From Armatimonadetes bacterium CG2_30_59_28 (GTDB lineage Bacteria; Armatimonadota; Abditibacteriia; CG2-30-59-28): a stretch of 56,458 nucleotides of DNA. Below the pieces are notes generated by a model, which saw only the letters and a program-made list of their open reading frames with translations, was not told where the DNA came from and made no database searches. Below, piece after piece: positions 19,274 to 28,054 of this stretch. The stretch lies in assembly GCA_001872605.1 (NCBI GenBank), contig MNXM01000308.1, positions 4,653 through 61,110 on the forward strand, given 5' to 3'. Numbering within the stretch: the stretch's first letter is position 1; each line of letters starts with the position of its first letter. A program made the translations under genes and the position numbers.

Positions 19274-20743
19274 TCATCCGCCGATACGTTCAGCAACTGC
19301 TTTGGCCACCGTGTAAATGTCACCGGCTCCCATGGTGAGAATGAGGTCCCCCGGGGCGGCGATACTCATCAGACGTTCGCAGATTGCGTTCCTGTCGGCG
19401 ATGTACTCGACCGGTCTACCGTCAGTGTTCCGTCGAATGGCAGCCGCAACGGCCTCACCGGTGACCCCCGGAATGGGATCCTCATGGACCCCGTAGATTT
19501 CGTTAATGATGACGTAATCCGCGTCCGCAAAAGCCCGACCGAAATCTTCACAGAGCGCCTTCGTTCGGGAGTAACGATGGGGTTGGAACACCGCTATCAC
19601 GCGCCCGGGCTCAAACCCTTTTGCTGCGGCCAGAGTTGCGGCAACCTCGGAGGGGTGGTGGGCGTAGTCGTCAACGATCCAGATGTCGCTCGTCTTCAGG
19701 ATCGTCTGCCAGCGGCGGTTGATTCCGCGAAACTGCGGCAGAACCTCCGCGATCAGCCCCATATCCACACCGACCGACTCACACATCGCTATCGTGCCCA
19801 ATGCGTTAAGGACGTTGTGCCTTCCCGGGACGCTCAACTCCATCTCCTGCGTAACTCCCGCCCTCTTCTGCAACTGGAAGGCAACTCCCGTCAACGTGGG
19901 TTGCCAGTGGGATGCAGAATAGTCAGAGTTCGGCCCCAATCCGTATGTTACAACGGGACACTCAACGGCGGAGCCGTCAACCACTTTGGCGACGTTGCCG
20001 CATTGGTAGCACGCCACCAGCGCGCCAGTCGCTGGGATTCTCGATACAAAGGAGCGGAAGGTCTCATACAATTTTTCTTCCGTCTCAAAGTAGTCCGGAT
20101 GGTCGAGCTCAACATTGGTCACTACGGCGCGTTCTGGGCGCAGATTCAGCAGGGAACCATCCGATTCGTCAGCCTCAACAACACAAAACTCACCCCTGCC
20201 AAACTTGGCATTGCCACCGATGTCATTCAGTTCGCCCCCAACCAGAACCGTGGGATCGAGTCTGGCACGTTCCAGCACAAACGCAATCATGGAAGTTGTT
20301 GTGCTCTTCCCGTGCGTCCCGGCGATGGCAATGCCACGTTGACGATCCATGATCGCTGCAAGCATCTCGGAACGATGAGCAACCGGAATGCCGTTCGAAC
20401 GGGCCTGCTGCAACTCGACGTTACCTTCAGGCACCGCGCTGGAGCAGACCACCACGTCGGCCCCATTGACGTGGAGGGCATCGTGACCCACGTGGATCCT
20501 CCCTCCAAGCGCAGTTAGCTTCTCCGTGATGGAGGACTGCTTCAGATCGGAACCGGAAACCTCATATCCAAGCTGCAGCAGGACCTTGGCGATTCCGCTC
20601 ATCCCAATCCCGCCAATGCCTATGAAGTGGACCGATTCAACCTCTTGGAGAGAAGGCAGCGCTCGTACACCCCCACTCGGAGGTGTGACGGATTCACCGA
20701 TACGGCCGGCGGGAGAGATAGACTGCTGTGATGGAAACTGCAT
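19274..20743 (-). CDS. murC: UDP-N-acetylmuramate--L-alanine ligase
   Basis: HFIGIGGIGMSG, GTHGKSTTT, EADESDGS, DDYAHHP, FQPHRYSRT, MGAGD. Confidence 0.97.
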   Translation of the reverse strand: MQFPSQQSISPAGRIGESVTPPSGGVRALPSLQEVESVHFIGIGGIGMSGIAKVLLQLGYEVSGSDLKQSSITEKLTALGGRIHVGHDALHVNGADVVVCSSAVPEGNVELQQARSNGIPVAHRSEMLAAIMDRQRGIAIAGTHGKSTTTSMIAFVLERARLDPTVLVGGELNDIGGNAKFGRGEFCVVEADESDGSLLNLRPERAVVTNVELDHPDYFETEEKLYETFRSFVSRIPATGALVACYQCGNVAKVVDGSAVECPVVTYGLGPNSDYSASHWQPTLTGVAFQLQKRAGVTQEMELSVPGRHNVLNALGTIAMCESVGVDMGLIAEVLPQFRGINRRWQTILKTSDIWIVDDYAHHPSEVAATLAAAKGFEPGRVIAVFQPHRYSRTKALCEDFGRAFADADYVIINEIYGVHEDPIPGVTGEAVAAAIRRNTDGRPVEYIADRNAICERLMSIAAPGDLILTMGAGDIYTVAKAVAERIGG

Positions 20744-20931
20744 CGACTGACCTCATTGATCTCTGATCGGGAATCCTGTCGGCGAGTGTCACCGATGTCA
20801 GAACGTCGGTCTGACATCGGTGCAGGTATTTTACACTCCGTGGAGACGCAAAGCAACTACTGAGGAATTATTTGTGCAGGGATCACGACGCTCCGTGACA
20901 TCGTTGCACTCTTGGGAGACCGTGTGAGACT

Positions 20932-21465
20932 TCAATCTGCGGGTGGCTCGGGATCACAAACCTCACTCCTCGCAGAATTGCGCCGTCTGTCGAGAGCGTC
21001 CTGCACCGTTTGCCGGATAGTCGGGTCATCTTCACTCTCCAGAATTTCTTCCAGCACCCGCGTCTGCTTTTCATCAAATACTGAGCGGTGAGTCTCCGGA
21101 TTCGTCGGTGCAGGAACAGCGCGCAACGCGGGTCCATTCGGCGAAAGAGCTCCTACGCCGATATCGTCGTCGGTAGTGCTCCGCGCTCGCCTCAGTGCCT
21201 CCTGTAGGCAACGTCCGCAGGTGATGGACAAAAGAACAACGGTGGCAACCACCACCACCAATATGCCGGCAATCCCTTTGAAAAATCGCAGAGGGTCCGC
21301 ATGGGGAAGGACGTGATACAGGTACTTGTGGGTCTGAATCCCCAGCAGGACAGGCACAACAATAAACAGCAAAAGTGATAACGCAAGGAGCGACAGCAAA
21401 GCGACCAGGCTCCCGATTTTCGATTTGCGCATCAAGAATCCCTCATCATGGAACGTGGGTATCAT
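20932..21465 (-). CDS. Hypothetical membrane protein (2 TM)
   Basis: ORF fills the gap with two hydrophobic segments; no family recognised; start uncertain. Confidence 0.55.
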   Translation of the reverse strand: MIPTFHDEGFLMRKSKIGSLVALLSLLALSLLLFIVVPVLLGIQTHKYLYHVLPHADPLRFFKGIAGILVVVVATVVLLSITCGRCLQEALRRARSTTDDDIGVGALSPNGPALRAVPAPTNPETHRSVFDEKQTRVLEEILESEDDPTIRQTVQDALDRRRNSARSEVCDPEPPAD

Positions 21466-21592
21466 ACCACATCGCGGAACAGCGAGACAACGTACACCAC
21501 ACGCCCGAATTGCTGCTTGTGCGCGCCAGGCTCCACAACGTTACTTGCGCTTCATGGCAAAATGGGGAAGAATAGTGTCAGACAACTAACCA

Positions 21593-22891
21593 ATGCTCAC
21601 GCCTTTCTCCAACCGAACCGAATACTTTGAGCAGAATGAGTCGGAAATCGTCGTCTCCATTTTCCGAACACTCGTTCTGATTCTGCTGGTCGTCACTCCA
21701 CGGTTTGCCCCTGTCGTTCAAGCCGTCAGCCCGGACGCGTACGTCCTCATCATCTTTGCCGCGGTCTACAATCTACTCACAACGATCACTTTTCTCAGGC
21801 AGATTGACCTGCCGTTCCGTCGGCATGCGATGGTCATCACCGACATGTGCCTCGTCACTCTGTGGATCAGCGTCAGCCCTGGCGAAAAACGAGACCTCTT
21901 CCCTCTGTACCAGCTGGTCACCATCATCGCCGCCATCTGGTTCAAGGTCCTCGGCGCGGTGGTGGTTGCCAGTTTTGCCAGTTTCTCGTACATTCTCATC
22001 TATGTGACCAGTTCCCTGGATCCTCTTGCTGCCTTCCAGCAGAGCCTGACACTCCACATTCCCTTCCTGTATCTCGTTGCCCTTCTCAGCGGCTACCTGG
22101 CCGAGGCGCAAGAATGGGAACGGTCTCGCAGAATTGAGACACAGCTTCTCGTCTCCGACTACGAACGGGAAATGAGCATGTCCAGAGATATTCAGAAGCT
22201 GATGCTGCCCGGGCGTCTCCCGAAACTGCCCGGCGTCGATTTGTCAGCGATGACACGCGTCGCGCGCGTGGTTGGAGGGGGCGACTACTACGACTTGGCG
22301 CGCTTTGACGATCATCAGTTCGGTCTCTGTATCGCCGACGTTGCCGGGAAGAGCATTCGGGCGCAAATCCGCCTGCCGCTGCTCAAGTATGCTTTCCGGG
22401 CGGTTGCCCCGATCTATCGGGAGCCCGTCGTTGTGGTGAGGCGGCTGAATGAGATGGTCTACGAGGACCTCCAACCGGAAATGTTCATCGCCATCTGCTA
22501 TGCCCTCGTTGACGTGGACAATAACACCGCCCGACTGTGCATTGCCGGACACAGTCCCCCCCTGCGATTCCCGGCAGGTGAGAACCCATACGAATTGCTC
22601 CCAACCGGAGGACTGCCGCTGGGCGTCGATGTGTCTCCCCGATATGAGGAGGTTTCGGTTCGCTTTACCCCGGGAGACGCGCTGCTGTTTTACACCGACG
22701 GTGTGAATCACGCGCGAAACAGCGATGGAGAGGAATTCAGTGAGGACCGCCTCGCCGCGATCTTCACGCAAAACCGCCAGGCAGCAGCATCTCGACTCAG
22801 CGAGACGCTGCTCAAGAGTGTGGACGAGTTTGAGCACGGCGTTCGCGGGGACGACTTGACCATCCTGGTACTAAAAAGAGAGGGGCGGTAG
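21593..22891 (+). CDS. Membrane-bound PP2C/SpoIIE (RsbU-like) serine phosphatase
   Basis: 5-6 TM N-terminus; VGGGDYYD, ADVAGK, AGHSPP, GLPLG, YTDGV, DDLT. Confidence 0.92.
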   Translation: MLTPFSNRTEYFEQNESEIVVSIFRTLVLILLVVTPRFAPVVQAVSPDAYVLIIFAAVYNLLTTITFLRQIDLPFRRHAMVITDMCLVTLWISVSPGEKRDLFPLYQLVTIIAAIWFKVLGAVVVASFASFSYILIYVTSSLDPLAAFQQSLTLHIPFLYLVALLSGYLAEAQEWERSRRIETQLLVSDYEREMSMSRDIQKLMLPGRLPKLPGVDLSAMTRVARVVGGGDYYDLARFDDHQFGLCIADVAGKSIRAQIRLPLLKYAFRAVAPIYREPVVVVRRLNEMVYEDLQPEMFIAICYALVDVDNNTARLCIAGHSPPLRFPAGENPYELLPTGGLPLGVDVSPRYEEVSVRFTPGDALLFYTDGVNHARNSDGEEFSEDRLAAIFTQNRQAAASRLSETLLKSVDEFEHGVRGDDLTILVLKREGR

Positions 22892-22895
22892 TGCA

Positions 22896-23040
22896 TCCTT
22901 TTGTTGGCAAACTTGCGAAGCGATGCAGTTGAAAGGGGAGAAAAGGAGGGTAGCCTCCATCGTGTAGCTGCCTGTGTGAGCTACCGGACGCTGAAGCGAT
23001 CCGGTGTCCTTTTGTGGGGGAACTTGCGAAGCGATGCAGT
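22896..23040 (+). repeat. 34-bp imperfect direct repeat, two copies (22896-22929, 23007-23040)
   Basis: 31/34 identity; shared core AACTTGCGAAGCGATGCAGT; 77-bp spacer. Confidence 0.8.
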
Positions 23041-23145
23041 AGTTTCGTCCGGGCACTGTTCCTGGTTGGTCAATTGCTTGTAAAATGAATGCTGGTATTC
23101 ACGGCGCAGACTCGTTCTCGCCGAACTGGGGGGAGTGAAACGAAA

Positions 23146-24108
23146 ATGGCAGTGAAGATTGGGTTTATTGGTTGCGGTGGAATGAACCGGGGGCACATGA
23201 AGAGCTTGAGTCAGATCAAAGACGCGCAGATGGTTGGATTCTGCGACATCGATCCGGACCGGGCGCGCGCCTGCGCGGCGGAGTACGGCGGCAGCCCGTT
23301 CACGGACCACCGCCTTATGCTGAAGCAAGCCGACTTGGACGCCGTCTATGTGGCGGTGCCCCCGCACGCTCACGGAACGCTTGAGATCGACGCCGTGCGC
23401 GCCGGGAAAGCGATTTTCGTCGAGAAGCCGGTGAATATCTCCAACGAACAGGCGCGCAAGGTTCTGAAAGAGATCGACAAGTCGGGTGTCATCAACTCGG
23501 TCGGATACCACTGGAGATACATGGAGGCCACCGATCAGGCAGCGAGGATCCTGAGGGACAACACCGTTGGCATGGTCATCGGCTACTGGATGGGTGGGAT
23601 GCCGGGAGTGGCGTGGTGGAGGCGTATTGAACAGTCCGGCGGTCAGTTTGTGGAGCAGTGCACGCACATATTCGACCTGGCGCGTTACCTTGTCGGCGAC
23701 GTGAAGACCGTCTCCGCGTTCACCGCCCTGAGGGCGTTGCAGGATGTCCCCGACCTCAATGTTCCGGACGTTGGTACTGCCTCAATGGAGTTCCGGAGCG
23801 GAGCCATCGGAACCATCTCGACAAGCTGTATCCTGCGACAGGGATTTGAGGTGGGACTGAGACTGTTTGCCAAGGACCTGATGGTGCATATAGGCGGTAA
23901 CCAACTCACCGTCACAAAACCGGGGAAGTCGGAAACCATTACTCCCGGCGGCAACGCCAACCTCACGGAAGACAAAATTTTTGTGTCTGCCGTGAAGTCC
24001 CACAATCCGTCCAAGATTCGCTGCACATACGAGGACGGCGCGAAAACCCTGGCCGTCACCCTGGCGGCCATGGAATCAGCGGGAACAGGGAGAACCGTGT
24101 CCTTGTAA
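23146..24108 (+). CDS. Gfo/Idh/MocA family oxidoreductase
   Basis: IGFIGCGG, VEKP, SGGQFVEQCTHIFD. Confidence 0.92.
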   Translation: MAVKIGFIGCGGMNRGHMKSLSQIKDAQMVGFCDIDPDRARACAAEYGGSPFTDHRLMLKQADLDAVYVAVPPHAHGTLEIDAVRAGKAIFVEKPVNISNEQARKVLKEIDKSGVINSVGYHWRYMEATDQAARILRDNTVGMVIGYWMGGMPGVAWWRRIEQSGGQFVEQCTHIFDLARYLVGDVKTVSAFTALRALQDVPDLNVPDVGTASMEFRSGAIGTISTSCILRQGFEVGLRLFAKDLMVHIGGNQLTVTKPGKSETITPGGNANLTEDKIFVSAVKSHNPSKIRCTYEDGAKTLAVTLAAMESAGTGRTVSL

Positions 24109-24212
24109 CAGATAACGGGGATCAGCCGATACAAAGGCGCACGACTATCAGCTTCCGAGGGATCGGGGGTTCCGCTTCGCTCCAACATCAACCGTTCCCA
24201 CAGGAGGACAAA

Positions 24213-24980
24213 ATGAAATTGGGTATTGTCACGTATAACATGGCGCCAGAATGGGACCTGCCCACTCTCATCAGCAGGTGCGAGGCGGCTGAGTTCACTG
24301 GAGTGGAGCTGCGAACCACTCACGCACACGGCGTGGAACCAACGCTTACCGCAGATGAACGGCGACAGGTCAGGGAGACGTTTGAGGGAACCAGTGTCGA
24401 GCTCGTGGGGCTTGGATCGGTGTGCGAATATGATTCGCCCGACGAAGCGGAGCTTCGCCGCAACGTCGATGCGACAAAAGAGTTCATCCGGTTAGCCCGT
24501 GACATAGGCGCACGCGGTGTAAAAGTACGTCCCAACAAGTTGCACGAGGACGAGGGCATCTCCATCGAGGATACCCTCGTCCAAATTGGCAAAGCCCTTA
24601 CCGAATGTGGAACCTTCGCGGAGGAACATGGCATCGACCTATGGCTCGAAGTCCACGGCCGCGGAACGTGCCATCCGCCGTATATCCACCGAATCCTCGA
24701 AGTCGCCAATCACCCCCGCGTCAGCGCCTGCTGGAACTGCAACATGGCTGACCTCGATAGGGACGGGACGGTAGAGAAGCATTTCGAGATGCTGAGTCCC
24801 TGGATCAGACACGTTCATATCAACAACCTCTTTACCCGGGAATACCCCTGGCAAACGGTGTTTGATCTCCTAAAGGCAATGAACTACGACGGGTACATGA
24901 TGGCCGAGATTCCCGGCAGCGATGATCCGGACACTGTGATGAAGTACTACCGGGCGCTCTGGGAGAAGATGGCTTCGTGA
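24213..24980 (+). CDS. Sugar phosphate isomerase/epimerase (xylose isomerase-like TIM barrel)
   Basis: GVELRTTHAHGVE, LEVHG, HVHI, YMMAE; AGGAGG RBS. Confidence 0.85.
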   Translation: MKLGIVTYNMAPEWDLPTLISRCEAAEFTGVELRTTHAHGVEPTLTADERRQVRETFEGTSVELVGLGSVCEYDSPDEAELRRNVDATKEFIRLARDIGARGVKVRPNKLHEDEGISIEDTLVQIGKALTECGTFAEEHGIDLWLEVHGRGTCHPPYIHRILEVANHPRVSACWNCNMADLDRDGTVEKHFEMLSPWIRHVHINNLFTREYPWQTVFDLLKAMNYDGYMMAEIPGSDDPDTVMKYYRALWEKMAS

Positions 24981-25173
24981 CTCAGTCAGGCGCAATGCGG
25001 AAAGTAACAACTCGGGTACAACCTTTTGACAGGATTCATCGGACTCGCTGCGAGCCCGCCAGGATGCACAGGATGAAGCGGACCGATCAATGGCCTTGCC
25101 GCAGTTCGACATGCACCATACGCGCACGACGGTTCCTCTGAGTCGGCTTGGTAAACGCCGCGCCAACATCAAC

Positions 25174-25192
25174 GCGGACTCATAGAGTCCGA
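25174..25192 (+). repeat. 19-bp palindromic repeat GCGGACTCATAGAGTCCGA
   Basis: 1 loop mismatch to the consensus; a more degenerate inverted copy lies at about 25039-25059. Confidence 0.75.
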
Positions 25193-25313
25193 GCGCAACC
25201 GCCACGGCGTCAATCGTTCCACGACCACATACTCCACGAAGTCGGCCGTTCCATATTGTCAATCCTGTACATCCTGTCCGAGTACGTGAGTAGTGACCAC
25301 GGAAAACTGATAG

Positions 25314-26171
25314 ATGGAGGAGAAGGTGGATTACCGGAACTGGATTCTGCTCTTCCCGACTACGTTTCTGCTCACGTCGTATCTCGTGCTGGTCTGCTGG
25401 CCTTGGGCGCTGAAACAACTGCCGCGACCAAACCCGGCAGAGGAAGCCCTTTCCTATCGCTACGTTGGTTTTCTCACGCAGATTCTGTATCTCGTGATGC
25501 TCGTCCCTCTCTGGGAACTGGTGATCTACCACCACGAGCACAGCCTCTACTGGCGTCACCTCAGCTTCGCTCGCTTGTCCTGCTCCCTGGGCATGAGCGC
25601 TGGTCGAGTCACCGCGATTTACCTGACGCTGACGGCGACGGGATTCTGCGCACTCAGTGCCATCGATCTGCGGCAACGGGACAGCGCCAACGGTGAGACT
25701 GCAAGGCGAATGGCACTTCGACGCGTGGTGACGCACCTGTGCTTTGCCTTCGCTCTGGTTTCCACCGACACCATCTGGTTGGTTGTTCTCTCCTTGATTG
25801 GCTTCTCGCTGCTCGGCTCGGCGCGGGCCGGGCCGAAGTGGCACAGCTACGCAAGTAGTATTGCCCTGGTCGCGATTGCCGCCTGCGCCGTATGGATAGC
25901 TGCGATGGGCGGCAGCTCCCATCCACCCACCATTCGCAACGGACTTCCGGCAATCTCAGTCCTCATGCTTACCACGTGCTTTTGGATCACCAGCGCGGCG
26001 CTGCTGTTCCATGCCGTACTCTCCTTCTGCGCCGCGCCGAGGAAAGCTGGGTCGCAGGTCCTGCCCTACATCGCCAGCATCTCGATCTGGCTCGTCGTGG
26101 ACTGTTTCCTCTTCTACCGACTACTCATCTCCCTCATGCCCCCTTGGATTCTCACGAGCGCGGGGCTATAG
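25314..26171 (+). CDS. Hypothetical polytopic membrane protein, possibly a degenerate NuoL/NuoN/MrpA-like fragment
   Basis: About 7-8 hydrophobic segments; weak pattern resemblance to antiporter-like subunits, by eye only. Confidence 0.55.
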   Translation: MEEKVDYRNWILLFPTTFLLTSYLVLVCWPWALKQLPRPNPAEEALSYRYVGFLTQILYLVMLVPLWELVIYHHEHSLYWRHLSFARLSCSLGMSAGRVTAIYLTLTATGFCALSAIDLRQRDSANGETARRMALRRVVTHLCFAFALVSTDTIWLVVLSLIGFSLLGSARAGPKWHSYASSIALVAIAACAVWIAAMGGSSHPPTIRNGLPAISVLMLTTCFWITSAALLFHAVLSFCAAPRKAGSQVLPYIASISIWLVVDCFLFYRLLISLMPPWILTSAGL

Positions 26172-26261
26172 GAGGAGCAGACCTACAAGCTGCGCGGAAT
26201 GATCCCACAGATTCGCGGGACGAAATAGTCGCATGACCGGATGACGATGTAGCGGATGTGA

Positions 26262-26662
26262 GCGGACTCACAGAGTCCGAAAAGATGGCCGGCTTGCCAG
26301 TCAGCCATCCGCCATCTTCACGACATCAACGGCGAGTATGGATCATGCGAGGAGCGGCGAACGGTGAAGTTAGGGAGAACCGAGAGAATGGCGAGCTTGC
26401 GCTCGGTAGGGTTGAAAACGCACCCACCCTCGTAGGTGCTTCGTCAGGGCAGTCTCCCTGCGAAAGTTGCGGCGGGTGGTTTCTCAACCTGAACCGGTAT
26501 GGTTGTTCAAGTCGGACTCTGTGAGTCCGCTCGGACTCTGTGAGTCCGCGAAGATTTAACTCATCGTACCCTCTGAGAAAAGCGCCCCGCCCCGAAAGAA
26601 TCGGGGCCGGGCAAACTTGTCTACTCGGACTCTGTGAGTCCGCTCGGACTCTGGGAGTCCGC
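26262..26662. repeat. Cluster of five 19-bp palindromic repeats (26262 forward; 26512, 26531, 26625, 26644 reverse, as two tandem doublets)
   Basis: Exact or 1-mismatch copies of TCGGACTCTGTGAGTCCGC. Confidence 0.88.
26577..26612 (-). terminator. Probable intrinsic terminator of the flp gene
   Basis: Minus strand gcccggccccga-ttctt-tcggggcggggc followed by gctttctc (short U tract), about 60 bp after the flp stop. Confidence 0.5.
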
Positions 26663-26673
26663 TGCGATGGAGC

Positions 26674-26838
26674 TTACGTGGTAGACGTGATTGTCTGGTT
26701 GACGGTAACAAACAGGTTACGCACCTTGGTTCCGAGCAGCGTAAGAATGGCGATCACGACGAGCGCAATCAACGCTACCAGGAGACCATACTCAACCAGA
26801 GTCTGTCCCTCCTCCTCACGAACGAAACGCTTGATCAT
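26674..26838 (-). CDS. flp: Flp family type IVc (Tad) pilin
   Basis: 54 aa, MIKRFVREEEG/QTLVEYGLLVALIALVVIA..., G|xxxxEY Flp motif; AAGGAGG RBS. Confidence 0.95.
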   Translation of the reverse strand: MIKRFVREEEGQTLVEYGLLVALIALVVIAILTLLGTKVRNLFVTVNQTITSTT

Positions 26839-26976
26839 GGACAGCACCTCCTTTCGTGTTTGGCTCACGGACAAAGAACGGAGCCGGATTGTAGAGAGCC
26901 ATTGTTGGCATGTCAGTCTAACACAACTCGGCTGTGTTGTCGCCCAGTCTCCGGCCAAAGGGTGAAAGCAAGATTT

Positions 26977-27144
26977 GTAATAGTCAGTCCTGTAGCCCCT
27001 CCCTGCTACAGGAGAGACGGTGGGGGCCTCCCCTTACCCAGACAGCCCCTGCTGTCGGTAAGCTGAGCGAGCGGGGGGGCTCGCAGGGAACAGGTGGAAC
27101 CGTCACATTACCCCTGTAGCAGGGGCTACAGGGCTGACTATTAC
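26977..27144. mobile_element. MITE-like element, 168 bp, 24-bp terminal inverted repeats
   Basis: GTAATAGTCAGTCCTGTAGCCCCT ... AGGGGCTACAGGGCTGACTATTAC (1 mismatch); no coding capacity; no obvious target duplication. Confidence 0.7.
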
Positions 27145-27145
27145 G

Positions 27146-27164
27146 GCGGACTCACAGAGTCCGA
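27146..27164 (+). repeat. 19-bp palindromic repeat GCGGACTCACAGAGTCCGA
   Basis: Exact copy, 1 bp from the right end of the MITE-like element. Confidence 0.85.
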
Positions 27165-27306
27165 ATGATGCGCCATCACAAATCTTACTTACACCCCCGG
27201 CCAAAATACCTTGAGTCGCGGCACTTACCTGCCGTTCCGCTGCGCGTCTTTCATCTCAACAAAACACGTCCACGCCCACACAACAGTACTGCACTATACC
27301 GGTCGC

Positions 27307-27951
27307 TCAGGCAGGAGGCAAGTCACCGCGCGGCGAACCGTTGGGGGTATCGGCAGAGGGTTGAGAGTCGGGGGTCTGGTCGAGTTCTTCGGGTGTGAAC
27401 AGCTTCTCGCCGTCCTGGATTTTCCAGCCGTCGATGTACCACTGGTTCCCCACTTTGATGACGGTGGCCGTTGCCCGGACCTTGACCTTCTGACCTTGCA
27501 CGTTGACGAGGAGGTCGGTGGGCACTTCGACAAACCGCCTTTTCACTTTGGAGTTCTTCATCCGGAACTTATTGATGTCGGGAGCGAATACTTCAGACTG
27601 CTGCTGAAAGTCCTTCTCGGAGACCATGGATTTGAGACCGGGTGAGAACATACGGTAGGCCTGCCGGTAGTTTTCCTTGCTAAGGCTGTGCCAGAAGCCA
27701 CCCACAATCTGTGAAGACACCTGTGACGCGTATGAACGACGCTCCTTCCCCGTGAGCAGATCGGCGCCAACGGACACTCCGGTACTGGCGACGTGCGCGC
27801 CCACCGCAACCGTCTTCACGGCAATTTTTCCCGCAGTGGTGACGGTAAACCAGGCGGTCTTAGTGATCATCTTCACCGGGCCACCACAGGCCGTCAAAAG
27901 CGCTGCCACCAGCGGAACAAGCAACACCCCCCACATTCGGTTGTGCCCCAT
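27307..27951 (-). CDS. Putative lipoprotein with NTF2-like (DUF4878-like) domain
   Basis: Signal peptide with lipobox LTAC; YRQAYRMFSP...KVGNQWYID pattern. Confidence 0.65.
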   Translation of the reverse strand: MGHNRMWGVLLVPLVAALLTACGGPVKMITKTAWFTVTTAGKIAVKTVAVGAHVASTGVSVGADLLTGKERRSYASQVSSQIVGGFWHSLSKENYRQAYRMFSPGLKSMVSEKDFQQQSEVFAPDINKFRMKNSKVKRRFVEVPTDLLVNVQGQKVKVRATATVIKVGNQWYIDGWKIQDGEKLFTPEELDQTPDSQPSADTPNGSPRGDLPPA

Positions 27952-28054
27952 ACCACACCCACCTCTCTTCTGCCTTATCGTTACCGATCCTGCCTTCATC
28001 CGGCGCCTATCGGATTCGTGCGAACCTCCCGAACAACCACGAACCACAGACCTC

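Noticed and set aside
22896-23040. 34-bp direct repeat as a CRISPR array
   Set aside because: Only two imperfect copies, a 77-bp spacer and no cas genes; kept only as an unexplained repeat
26512-26662. Repeat-spacer-repeat pattern resembling a mini CRISPR array
   Set aside because: Units are 19-bp palindromes in tandem and dispersed in both orientations; the single 75-bp spacer holds a terminator; no cas genes
26839-26976. c-di-GMP riboswitch upstream of flp
   Set aside because: No GEMM-type GGCAAA...GAAA...CGCAAAG pattern visible; only a short hairpin
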